Source of the DNA: Saprolegnia diclina VS20
Taxonomy: Eukaryota
DNA length: 48,645 bases
Direction of reading: 5' to 3'
Assembly (NCBI RefSeq): GCF_000281045.1
Contig: NW_008246068.1
Location: 252,709-301,353 of the forward strand
Shown: one piece after another, positions 24,035 through 36,295 of the stretch
Layout: every line of letters begins with the position of its first letter
How positions within the stretch are numbered: the stretch's first letter is position 1
Notes under the pieces: model-generated
Database searches by the model: none
What the model was told of the DNA's origin: nothing
The model's input: only the letters and a program-made list of their open reading frames with translations
Program-made: the position numbers and the translations under genes

Positions 24035-27000
24035 ATGGACGAGCCGGCGGCGAAGGGCGGGACGTGGAACCACACGGTGGGCACCGTCGTCCGCGCCAAC
24101 ATCACGGGCACGTCGGCGCACCACAACAGCATCGCTCGGAAGGCGTCCCAAATGCTCTGCAACCCGATCTTCAAACAGCACGTGTGGGGTCAAGTGCATC
24201 ACGCACGGCGCGAGAAGCTCAACGACTTGCACGCCAAGCGCCAAGAGCGAAAGCGGTCGATGCTCCAGTCGCCTGCCGCTTCGATTCCCGAGGACGACGA
24301 CCCGCCGCCACCGCGCCCGACCATCCAGCCGCGGACGCCGACCACCAAGAGCCCGCCGCGGTCGCCAAAGAACCACGACCCGACGCCCGGTCGCGCGACC
24401 ATGCACTTGCGGCCGACTATGAACCCGCTGGCTCAAATGGCCTTCAAGTCGATGCGGTCTACGCGGGAGCGGTCGCCGTCGCGCATGGCGCCAAGCGAAC
24501 GCACCGAGAATGAACATGCGATCGCGGCCAAGTCGTCGGGCCCGCCGTCGATCGAGGCGCGGTTTCGACGGTTTGCCAAGCGCACGCTTCGACGCAAGTA
24601 CGCAAGCTCTGTGATTGCGGGGGCAGTCTTGCTCGACACGCTCATTATGGCACTGGACTCGACGGGCAGTACGGCCTTGGGCGTCTTGGATTTTGTATTG
24701 ACACTGTTCTTTGCGTTCGAGCTCGCACTGCGCATCAGCGTCCACGGCGCCTTCCACGGCCACCGTAGCTAGATGCATTTTCTTCCTTTATGATGGCTCA
24801 TAGGACTGTGTAGACCCGCTCATTCGCAACAAGACGGCGGTCGTGCAGTTTCTGGTCGTGACCTCGAGCTTTCTCTCGTTCTGCGTCTTGGGCTTTGGGA
24901 CCCTCTCACAATGGCGCGTGCTCCGGGGCTTGAAAGCCTATCGGTGTTTCACAGCGGTACGAGGCATCAAGCGCATCCTCTCGGCCATTACCAAGGCGAT
25001 TCCGCTCCTCACTAACGTCGGTGTCCTCGCCTTCTTCTTCCTCCTCATGTTTAGTATTCTGGGGCTCGAGGTATGGTTTTTATCTGCGATTACGACCTAC
25101 GGCTACAATGCTCTTAGGCGTTCTCAACTGTCTACGACGGCATGTGCGCCGTGCAGGGCACGCCCAATACGCCATTGCTGACCAACGACACGCGCCTCAT
25201 GTACCCTGGTAGCATTTTTGTCGTTTCGAAAAGGGTGTCTAAAACGAGGACTAGTGGTCTATTGCAGCAGCAACACTGGGTGTCCGCCAACCTTTGTCTG
25301 CGCGAGCGTCGACAGCTCGGACAACAGCTCCTTTCACTCGTTCCAGAACGGGTTTGCGTCCTTCCTCCTTGTCTTCCAAGTCATGGTCCTCGACGGCTGG
25401 ATCGACTCGATCATGGACCCGGCGCTGCAAACGACGTCGGACATTGCGCTGCTCTTCTTCATTTTGATTGTGTTTCTCCTTGTCTTCCTCGTCCTCAACC
25501 TCTTTGTCGCGGTCATAACAACCGCCTTCATGGGCCACGACGGCGAGTGCAGCACTACCGAGCCGGCACATGCAAGTGGGCAGCTCGACATGCGCAAAAT
25601 GGGCAAGGAAGACGAAGAGCAACACCTGTACATGGTGCTCGGAACGACGATGGCGGTCGAGCAAGCTAGCAATAGCACACCCCACGACGTGCCGCCGTTG
25701 CCTGCACTGCTGTCGGCACAAAGCGAGTCGGACGACGAGTCGAGTCGGCGCAGGAGCACCGCGACGACCGACGGCGAGCTCACGCGCCGCATGTTTTCTT
25801 CGCTGTCGCTGCCGACCGAGACCGTCACCAGCTTTGTGAGCTCGCGAGACCTCTTTGCATCGACTCACGTCTCGGCGGAAGAGAAGTTTCGGCTTCATTT
25901 GGCCTCGGCGCCCGGCGTCTCGGGGCGCTTTCGCAGGTAAAAGGCCGTAGATTGCGGCGCATTTATCGGTTTTTGTAGATTTATCTTGTCGGAGACGTTT
26001 GCGGACCTTGTCATGTTGTGCATCATCGTCAACACTCTGGCGCTCATGACCGAGTACCCCAACATGGGCGAACCGTGGCAGAGCTTCTTCGACGACGTCG
26101 AATTTTTCTTTTCCGGCGTATTTACGATTGAGGTTTTGCTCAAATTTTACGCCTTCCAGAGGTACAAACTCGTATTTTGTTATATCCATATTGGCGACAA
26201 TGTCATTATCTGGTGTCTAGCGTTGGCTTGTTTCTAAGTGCTTACGAGCGCTGGTTTGACGCGATCGTCGTCGGCACCAGCGTGTGCGTCTCGGTACTGC
26301 ACGCCCGTATTCAGCGTCGGGCCTAAAAGTTGCGTGCGTCTAGTGTCTCAAGTACACCAACGACGGCGACTTGAACACGCTGTCATGGATGGACAATGTG
26401 TCCATTTTGCGCACGCTGCGGATTGGTCGGCTCATGTGGCGCTGGAAAGGCACGCGGAAGCTCATCGAGTCGGTGCTCAAGTCGAGCCGCGCCGTCTTCA
26501 ACCTCTTTGTGTTTCTCTTGCTCATTCTGATTGGTACGACGTGTTTCTGTCGGCATTTCCGTCATGATTGTGCGAATGTAGTGCACAGCGTGCTGGCGAT
26601 GCAGCTCTTTGGCCTCGAGAAGGACATGCCGCGACGCAATTTCCAGGGGTTTGTGCAGTCGTTCGTGACGCTCTTCCAAGTGCTCTCGGGCGACGCGTGG
26701 GCCGAAGTCATGGAGTCGATCCTCGAGCGCGACTCTCTCTTTTTTGCGCCCTTTTTCATGGTGTTTGTGTTTTTCGGGCAATTTGTCGTGCTCAACCTCT
26801 TTATTGCGGTGATTCTCGAAAACTTTGAAATTTCTGAAGAGGAAGCGTACCAACTCCAGCTCGAGCGCGTTTTGGCGATCCCGAAAGAGCTCCAAATGCT
26901 CGAGAAAATCGAAGAGGTCGGCGTCCGCGCCTTCTACGCCAACAACGACATCCGGCAGCTCGAGAACGTCCAGGACATCAAAGCCCGGCGGTTCCTTGGC

Positions 27001-30000
27001 GTGAGCGAGCGCCACGTGCACGCGGCAGTGTCCGTGGCCCCGGCGGACGCGTTCTTGGAGGACATTGTGGCCCGAATTGACAAAATTCTGGCTTCGGCCG
27101 CGTTCAAGTGGTTTATCATCCTCACGATCGTGCTGAGTTGCGTCGGCTTGGCCATCGACGACCCGGTCATCACCAGCCAGCTCTCGGCCGCTGAGCTCGC
27201 CGCGCAAAACGCCAAGAACTACGCGCTGACGTCCGTCAACACGTTTGCACTCGTTGTCTTTGTCATTGAATTTGCACTCAAAGTGACGTCACAAGGCTTT
27301 GGCTTTCGTTACCTTCTCTCGCGCTTGCTGCCGTGGTACGAGCGCGCGTATTATCGCAGCCGATATGAGAGCAACTCGCGCAAGACGCCACATCGGACAA
27401 TGAAGAAACATTACATTGAAGACCCTTGGAACCGACTGGACATTTGCCTTCTCATCGTCGCAGTCCTCGACGAAGCCATTAGCTACGGCACGCAGCGCAC
27501 GAAGGGCAACAACCTCGTCAAGGTCCTTCGCGTCGGGCGCGTCTTGCGACCACTTCGACTCTTCAACCAAGACGGCGACATGAAGCTCATCATGACGTCG
27601 TTCGCTGCCGCACTTCCCGCGGTCCTCGACGTCCTCGTGCTCTGTCTCGGTGTCTTTATTATCTTTGGCATCACGGGCCGGACGCTCTTTTCCCAAAAGG
27701 TACTTTGCGTTTGCCGTTTGAGATTGCCGTTTGAGATTGCATTTGAGATTGCATTTGAGATTGCATTGTTGGAAACGGACAACATTATACTCGTGACTGA
27801 CGTAGATGTACTCGTGCAACGACACCTCGGTGGCCAACCGCGCCCAGTGCACCGGGTTCTACGAAGCGCTGCCGCTGCCGGCGTCCGACACGCCCGTGCT
27901 CATGCCCCGCGTATGGGTGCCGTATCGCGCTCGCTTTGACACGCTGGCGAGCTCGATGATTGCGCTCATGGAGCTCTCGTCCGTCAAGGTACCCATTTTC
28001 ATTGCGTTTCAAAGACAACATTGTCTGTTAGTGGGTGGACACGGCCGAATTCGCCATGGACATTGTGGGCCTCAACGAGCAGCCAATTCTCAACTACAGC
28101 ATGATCTACATTGGCTACTTTATCTCGTTTGTGTTTGTCGGCGGCTTCTTCCTCATTCGGCTCTTCGTCGGCGTCCTCGTGCGTCCTCGACCAAATCGGC
28201 TTCGACTCAATAAGATCGTAGGTCGAGCAATTCCAGCGCAACAACGGAACGCAGATTCTCACACCGAGCCAAAAATGGTACGCATTATTGTCATTTTCCT
28301 TGTAGACCGAACGTGTTTGTCTAGTTGGGTCGAGCTCGAGCGCCACATGCTGTTGCTCAAACCACGCTACAGCGTCCCCGAGCCCACCAATGCGATACGA
28401 AGTCGGTTCTACCGCGTGGCCAAATGTGCGCTTTCCTACAAGATGGAGCATATTGTCTATAACGGATGCCTAGCCCATCGTTTCGAGCATTTCATGTCGT
28501 CGATCATCGTCATCAACATGCTCTTCATGCTGCTCAACCCAACGAAAGCAGCGCAGCAATGGAAGTTCGCATTCGAGGTAGTCTGACATGTCGAACTAAG
28601 GACTCGACCCATTTGTGGATAGACGATCGACAAGCTCTTTGTCGTCTCGTACTCGTGCGAGTTTGCGACCAAGCTCGTGGCGTTCGGCCAACACATCTTT
28701 CGCGATACTTGGCACGTGTTTGACTTGGTGCTCCTCATCGGGTCCTACGTTTCGTACTTGCCCGGGATTTCGATTCACCAAATTTCTCAAGTCGATTCTC
28801 TTCAAAAAGACTCTATTGGCTGATGTAGCCTCGTCTAGGTTGGTCGCATCTTTCGTGTCATGCGCGTCATGAAGTTTGTCAAAGTGAGCAAGGGCGTGCG
28901 GACCATCTTCCGGACCTTCCGCGCGAGTCTTTCGTCCATCGGCAACGTCGTCTTGCTCCTCGTTCTGCTCTTGTACATCTTTGCCATCCTCGGGCGCCAG
29001 GTATTCTTCGTCGAGTCGGTGGATAGATGGATCGTTTCTTTATTTTTGTAGCTGTTTGGCACGATCAAATATGGCCCCAACCTCAACGAAACACAGAACT
29101 TCCAGACATTTGGGAACGCGCTGTTGACGCTCTTTGATCTCATTGCCGGTGGCGAGTGGCACCTCCTCATGACCGACTGCATGGTACCGAAATTTCGGAA
29201 TTTCAATGTTTCAATGTTTCAACAAACGGAAATTTCAATTTCGAGGCGTAGGTGGAAGGCGCCGATTGCGCAACGATCGGGACCGACACGGACTGCGGCG
29301 ATTACTACGCGGCGTGGGTGTACTACCTCGTGTTTGTCATTGCGATCGTCTACATCTTTCTCAACCTCTTCATCGCGGTCATCCTCGAGAACTTTCGGAG
29401 CTGCTACGTCAAGGACATCAGTCCCGTGACGCTCGAAGACTTCGAGGGGTACCAAGAGGTCTTTGAAAAGTACGACCCGCTCCACAAGGGCATCATTCCG
29501 ATCTACATGCTCCCGCGCTTCTTGCACGTACGTCCTATCCACCTATCCACCTATCCACCTATCCACCTATCCACCTATCCAACTATCCAACGATGTCTGT
29601 AGGACTTGCCGCCCAACTTGCGCGTGAGCACAGCCGGCAACCGCATGGCGTACTTGCACCTTCGGTTTGAGATTGAGCAAGTGCAGCTCGCGCCGTCGAC
29701 GCCGCAAAGTACCCCGTTCTTCAACGCGCTCCTCCGGACCGTGTGCATTCACCACATGGGAATTCGCGCGCTCTCGTACGAGCAGCAGCGCGACCGCGTC
29801 AAGCAGATCTTTGTCATCAAGGAGAAGGTCGCGGCCATGATCGTCCGCGCCATGCTCCGCGGCGTCATCGAGCGCACGCGCATTCGTGCCAAGCGCGAGA
29901 CGATGTACGCGCTCACGTGCACCAAGACCGTGGCCCATCGACGCAGCGTCGTCTACACCCGGCTCCACGCCCACGACGAGGAAGGAGAAGAGGTAGACAA

Positions 30001-30724
30001 GGCATCGATCGCGATTCGCGAAGGCTCCGAGGACGACGATGACGTACAAGTTGATGCGGTGGCGACGGCGGACGCACCGTTGGTGACGTGTGGCGCATCG
30101 AGCCTCCTGGATGCCGTTCCGCTGCAAGTCCCGACTGCGCTATCAACACCGACCCTCAAGATCGAGGAGGCACCCTTCGATATACCACAGCGTCGTCTGC
30201 GAGTATCGGTCGATGGTGACATCGTCTCAAGTCAGCCAGTAGCCGACGGGACGATCACAGTGGAGAGCTCGCCGGCGAGAGACGCCCACATGCTCTCGGC
30301 TACGGCGTCGGCAGTCGACGCCCCCGTTGCTGGCACCGCGACGACGACGGGAGCAACGATCCAACCGAGCAACTCGACCGAACACAACCTTGCAGCGGAA
30401 GCGACGGTGGCGCCTGTGGAGGCTTCATCTGTGATGGACGTCGAGGCAACCGGTGCAGCACTAACGATGAGCAAGTCGGTCGAGCTCGACGGTGCGGAAG
30501 GGACAGGCAAGCCATTGAACGGGAAGAAGAAGGCGCGGCACGTACATCGGCATCCGGGAAAGAAGCCCAAAGCAAATGAGGAAGCAGTCGACGCCAGTGC
30601 GTCGAGCGCTAGCGAGGACAACCCGCCGCTTGTCGAGAAGAACGGGGCGCCGCCGGTGGCTGAGAGTGGTCTGCGTCCGCTGCGCCTTCCCAAGCTCCAT
30701 GTGGACAAAGTCACGCCGATCTAG
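24035..30724 (+). CDS. Four-domain voltage-gated cation channel alpha subunit, NALCN/Cch1-like, many exons
   Basis: Four S4 segments (RVLRGLKAYR, LRTLRIGR, KVLRVGRVLRPLR, RIFRVMRVMK), four P-loops, S6 LNLF(V/I)AVI motifs and an EF-hand-like C-terminus (FEKYDPLHKGII). DIII PRVW and DIV DCMV...TDCG resemble NALCN. Confidence 0.9.
27716..27768. repeat. Intronic tandem repeat, about 12-bp unit (TTTGAGATTGCA)
   Basis: gtttgagattgccgtttgagattgcatttgagattgcatttgagattgcattg lies inside a channel intron. Confidence 0.85.
29535..29590. repeat. Intronic 8-bp tandem repeat (CTATCCAC) x about 7
   Basis: Directly visible in the last channel intron. Confidence 0.9.
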
Positions 30725-30931
30725 TCGATCCACCGTCCATATTTATCAGGACAAGATGTAGCCGTGTAAACACTGTCTCAAGGCACTGTTCTTCTCCTAC
30801 TCTTTCAAGCCACTGTTTTGAAAACACTGTTTCTTGGCCACTGTTTGGGTCCAAATATCCTGTTTAGTTCCAAATGCAGTGTGGGCAAATGTAAGGTTGG
30901 GTGGAATTAGCCAATTCAACTCTCGGGAGGG

Positions 30932-31450
30932 ATGCGTCGGTGCATGGCGACCCTCGCGCGGCCGATGCGGTACCATCTGACCGGCATGGGCGCCAACGTC
31001 CAGTGCAGCATGGCCCGCGACGCGTCGATCACGATGGCGACCGACGTGCCACGGCGCATGGGCGGCTCGGACGCGGCGCCGCAGCCCATCGAGCTCTTCC
31101 TCACGTCGCTCTGCGGCTGCGAGCTCGCGACAGCCACGTTTGTCGCTCGCCACATGACTCCGCGCGTGCACGTCGAGAAGATTGAGTTTGACGTGTACGC
31201 CGAGCGCGACAGCCTCGGCGCGCTGCAGCTACCATTGACGACCGACCCAGCGACCATGCCTGTCGCCCGCCTCGCGCGCGTCTGGGGCACAGCGACCGTG
31301 TACACGACCGCGTCGCAGGCGCAAGTGACCGAGCTCTGCGACCACGTCAAGCGCCGCTGCCCCGTGGCCAACATGGCCGTGCTCTCCGGTTGCGCACTCG
31401 AGATTGACTGGGGGCAGAAGACGCCCTCGAGTGGGTCCAGTGCTCATTAA
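30932..31450 (+). CDS. OsmC/Ohr-family protein (start at 30932 or 30944)
   Basis: TDVPRRMGGSDAAPQPIELFLTSLCGC and KRRCPVANM give the OsmC two-cysteine signature. Intronless. Confidence 0.85.
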   Translation: MRRCMATLARPMRYHLTGMGANVQCSMARDASITMATDVPRRMGGSDAAPQPIELFLTSLCGCELATATFVARHMTPRVHVEKIEFDVYAERDSLGALQLPLTTDPATMPVARLARVWGTATVYTTASQAQVTELCDHVKRRCPVANMAVLSGCALEIDWGQKTPSSGSSAH

Positions 31451-31451
31451 A

Positions 31452-34400
31452 TCAACTAGTGTCCTGCGCTTTATTCGCCCAGTACGTTTGCAGTACATCG
31501 GGATGGCCTCGGAAGCGACGGGACGCTACGCTTGTCTCGGTCGTCGTCGGCGCCATCGATGCGCTGTCGACAGTCGGCATGGCCAAGGCTTGCTGGACGT
31601 CGAGGAGGCGCCGCGTAAACTCGTCGCCAGGAGCTTGGTCCGACAGCGGCACCCGCACGTGGGTACCAGGAAGGCCGGGCAGCTGCCGTTGATGGAGCAC
31701 GCGGTCGCACGTCGCGCAGAGCTCGATCTTGCACTCGATGCACTTGACGATCGCGGGGGACGGCGTCATCGCCACGACTTCGCAAACAGCGCAGACGTGC
31801 GATGCGTCATCCAGTGATACCGTTGGTGCTGCCAACTGCAGTGGCTCACGCAACGGCAGTACGACCGTAGTCGCAACGTCACTATGTAAGCACTTGGTCG
31901 ACGCATGCAGCGGCGATTTGGCGCGTTCGATGGGCGGCAGAACGGTCGTCGTCTGCGTGCTCTGCGTCGTCGTCGACGAGCTCGCCGAGCTCGCGCGATC
32001 GTCAATGTCGGTAGCATCCCGCACGGTGCTTGGTGTCGATGCCAAGAGGTCTCTGGACGCTGTCGCGATCGAGGCATCAAGGCTCGCATCGGACCGGTCC
32101 AAGTCCGTGTAGTACTGGTCGACCCAGCTGGGCATGTCGGAGATCATGAGCACGAGCGTCGCTTTGAGTCCCAATAGAAAGTGCTCGAGCACTAGGATGA
32201 TCGCGACCTTCTTGAGCAGCGTCGAGGGAGCCCAGTACGCCGCAATGTACACGTCGAGGTCGGTCCCGAGGAAGAGGAGGCCGCAGTTGACCGTCACGGC
32301 CGCACTAGTTTAAACTCACTTTACTAGCGCGACGACAAGCATACGTACAAGCTCATAAACTCGAGGATCGACATGAACGTCGTGACTTCAACGTCGCAGT
32401 CGTAGAACGGCCGGCGCTTCGCCTCGAGGCTGCACCGAACGTCCAAGTGCACTTCGAGGACGTTGTTGATCGCGGCGAGGAACGGGCCCGCGGGAAAGAC
32501 GGTCACAAACATCGTGATGTAGCCAAACTGCATCATCAAATCAATCTAAAAACACCCAAGTTTGGTGTCTGCAAAGGATCGTTGGCGACCTGCTTGTTGA
32601 GGAGGAGGTCGCTCGGGTACATGAGCGCTTGCATGGCGATACCGCTTGGCACAGTTTTTTCGTCTTCGCTTTCGTTGGCGTCGATGGCATCCGGGGTCGG
32701 AATAGCACCTACGTCAACGTGACGTGGTCCGCCTGCAGACCCTAACCCGACCGTTGTCTTCAGGATTGGTATACGTGAAAAAGTCGGTGGCTTGGACGTA
32801 GCCGTGGCGGCGCCAGAGGTAGCGTACATGGAGGAGTGGCAGCACATAGTTGACACCGAGGTTCTTGAGCTGCAAACACATTTTTCTAGTCGATTTTGTA
32901 GGACAATATTGTCGTGTACCTGTCGGACGACGAGGATCGTGAGTAGCTGCATGCGGAGGGCGGAAAAGTCCTGATCGACAAACGCCAAGGCAAAGAGCGA
33001 GATGAAGGCGTTGAGAAATTTGAACCAAAACAACTTCATCGCAAGCATCGCTTCGTAGCCGCTAGCACCATTCAATACAATATTGTCTTGCAGCGAAGAG
33101 ACAAAATATACCACACTGTGCGGTGGTTCTCCCAGCGCGTTAGCATATACGCAACATGCGTGTACGCCCAGTCGAGAACTAGCATCAGAATCGCATACAG
33201 CGACGAGATGCCGAGGGCATATGGCTTCCATGCGTCGACGTTGTTGGCCAAGCGCGAGAGCACAAACGCTAGGATCGCGATAGCGCCCATCACTAGCAGC
33301 GCCGGGGTTCCGAGTGCGACGCGGAGGTGCTGCAGCGTCGACGGGAACCGCACGTCCATCTACGACGCTGTCGTTGGAGCCAAAAGAAGAGCGTACGCTC
33401 GACCTCGTTCGTGCGCATATCGACGACAAAGTCCCCGTGGTACTCGGCCGACACGCCCGACGTGTCGCTCGTCTGCGGCAAGCCCCAGTTGCAGAGCAGC
33501 TCGGACCGCTTGCGCTTCCAGCGCTCGACCATGAGCGTCGTCCAGAGCGAGACGATGATCGCCAAATACAACACTCCGCTTTCGTACCCGACCAGCGACA
33601 GCAACTAGGTGACAGAACTATCAATCTATCAATCTTCACAAAATACAAAGAAAAATACCTGGATGAGCAAGCACAGTGGCGCGATCGCGAGCAGCCACGC
33701 CGTGTAAAACATCATCCAGCCGGTATACAAGGCGGGCTTTTCACCGAAATACGTCAGAATCGCCCACAGCGCCTAGACGCAGCCGCGTTTCCCTTTGTTC
33801 AAAGCGACAGTAGTACGCTGTAGTTGTGCCCACGACCTTCTGTGACAAACTCGGTGAGCGTCACCGAGAGACGGGGTCGGCTTGGTGCGAGCCAGCGCTC
33901 GTGGATGACGCGGCAGCCGCGGCTGTCGTGCAGTGGGAAGATGTCGCGGATCGTATGCGTCCGGACGTGCCGCGCCACGTTGACGTTGTTGCGGATGATG
34001 TTCAAGACCACCTGGTCGAGTCTCAGGTGTGCCTCTTCTCACGCGTCGTACCTGTTGCCGATGGAGCGAAATGAACGGTTCGAACCCATGCTTGGCTTTC
34101 ATTTCAAATGGCTCGCGCAGGAGGCTGCCACGTTTGCGTAGCTTGAGATGCATCTCTTCGGCGCGCTCAGCGATGACGAGCTCCATGGCGCCGACCGTGA
34201 TTACGTCGTGCACTGTCTACAAGGATGCCATCCTAAGCTTTCCCTTAACGAAGAGCAACGCGACCTTGCCATCTCGGTGCGTGCCAGCGGGCGTGACGAC
34301 GGCCGACGGCGCCCGCGAGCTCTCCTCCGCCAACACATCGACCAGCGTCTTCCGGAACGACGCATGAGTGCGATCAAAGATAAGGACATACTCAAAGCGA

Positions 34401-35905
34401 AAGATGGACCGAATCGGTAATCCCAGCAGCTGGCGGACGCTTTCGGTCGCCACGTGCTGCGGCGTCGCGCCCTCGACGTTGGCGATGCGCACTTGCGCCG
34501 CGCGCTCGTCCGACGACAAGTTGTCCAAAAACACTTGGACGACTGATACGTGGTTGTGCACGACGGCCACAAACAGCGGTGTCTCGAGCCTGTCGTTGGT
34601 CCACCCCCGTAGGGACGCCAGCCGCATCGACGCGCCGTCGTTGGCCGGTGCGACGCGCTTTCCGTGGGCGGTCTTGACCGTGGTGGTCAAGGCGTGGCCG
34701 ACGCTCGCAAGGTGGCTCAAAAGACATTGCACCATCTCTGCAAAGCCCATCGCACACGCCACGTGGAGCGCCGAGTGCAGGCGGCCATCGTCCATTCTAA
34801 CCGTAAACAGCGGGTTCAAGCACGAGGCCGGTACGTCTTGGAACCGAAGGCTCAGGAGGAGCTGGACGTCGTCGAGCAAGTTGAGTCCTGCGCACCAAAA
34901 CAGTAAATGCTGCCCGTACCTACAAGCACGCCGAGATAAGAGGGAAGGAGACGAGAGAGGCTACCGCAGGACGTCGCTGGCGGTGAACATGGCCAGCGTC
35001 CGCTTGGCCGCGTGCGAGGGCTGGCTGCGAACGTTGCAAATCGCAGCGTACTCGTGGGGGCGCGGGGCCATGTAGATGAAGTCGGCGACGAGCACTTGCA
35101 CGACGCGCACGTGGTCAAGCCGAAGCCGCCACGTCCGGTACTCGAACGCGTGGCTTGCGTCGTCGCTGTCGTCGGCGCCGAGCGTGTCACTGCCTTGGCG
35201 CAGACGGTGCATCTCGCCACCGAGCTTGAGCGCGAGGCGCCCGGCGAGGTCGACGGGGAAGAGGCCTTCCTGGGACTGCACGAGCGGGATCGCAAACTGC
35301 TGTGGCGCGAGCTTGACGGTGAGCGCGCTGCTCGGCCGAAGGAGAAGCGACGTCATCTCGTGGTTGCCGTTGAAGCAGCTCCAGTGCAATGGCGTCCAGT
35401 GGTTGCTCGTCTTGGTTGTGTTGGCGTGGCACCCGGAGAGGAGGAGCTCCCGCGTGATCTCGAGGCCTTCGAGGATGTGCTTGACCTCGGTGCCGCAGCC
35501 AAAGCACGCGACGCACTGAATCGGCGCGTTGCCATAGTGGTCCACGTACACGCGCCCGTCGATGAGGTCGGCCGCCTGGACCGTCGCCGCCGACGGCAGC
35601 TGCACCAGCGCCGCGGGCGCGAGGCCCTCTTCCTTGCGCTTCATGCGCACGTCGACGTCCTTCATCTTGCCGACGTTCTCGAGCAGCAGTCGAACGGCGT
35701 CGATGGACCGCCCGGGAAAAAATACGAGGCAGCGCCGACCCAACAGGAGCTGGACGACCGTGAGCTGGCCGCCGATGCACGCTGCGTGGAGCGGACTGCG
35801 CCCGGCCGCGTCCACCTGCTTGAGCTGCGCGTCCGAGTTGTCCGCCAAGAGCAGCTCGACGACGCGCTCCTCGTTGCCGTTCTCGCAGGCCTCATGGAGG
35901 TCCAT
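31452..35905 (-). CDS. Ankyrin-repeat anoctamin (TMEM16) with a C-terminal B-box-like zinc finger, multi-exon
   Basis: Ankyrin: GRSPLHAAC, WTPLHWSCFNG, ETPLFVAV. Anoctamin: IFPLHD, YFGEK, QFGYITMFVTVFPAGPFLAAINNVLEVHLD, LEHFLLGLK. B-box: CAVCE...CIECKIELCATCDRVLH...THVRVPL. Confidence 0.85.
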
Positions 35906-36295
35906 GGATCGCGACGGTTGCCGGAAAATGGTTTGTCCCGAATATACATCTGGGACAAACCTCGTTGAAGTTGTGAAACACAATTTTCACGTGCGAAATA
36001 TATATCACATACAATACGCATGTGAGGGCTCGACATTGCACATCCTTTTTCACATTTTACACCATATATCACGTGTGAAACTACCCGCCGACGGCCGCCG
36101 GACGCCGCCGCTGAACCCGAACCAGGACTTCCCATGACACTGATAAGACCTCATGTACGACGCAAGCACTGTCCTGTGGTCTCGGAAGCGCTCTTCAAGC
36201 GCGGTTTTGACCGATGTGGGAAATGCGGAAATGAGGCGCTTGTGGGAAATACCTCGGCCACTGCATCTGGTTGACTTCCAGCACTTCCCAGCACA

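Noticed and set aside
27700..27805. FEIAFEIAFEIA peptide repeat in the ORF track
   Set aside because: It lies in a GT-AG intron of the channel gene and is read-through of a DNA repeat.
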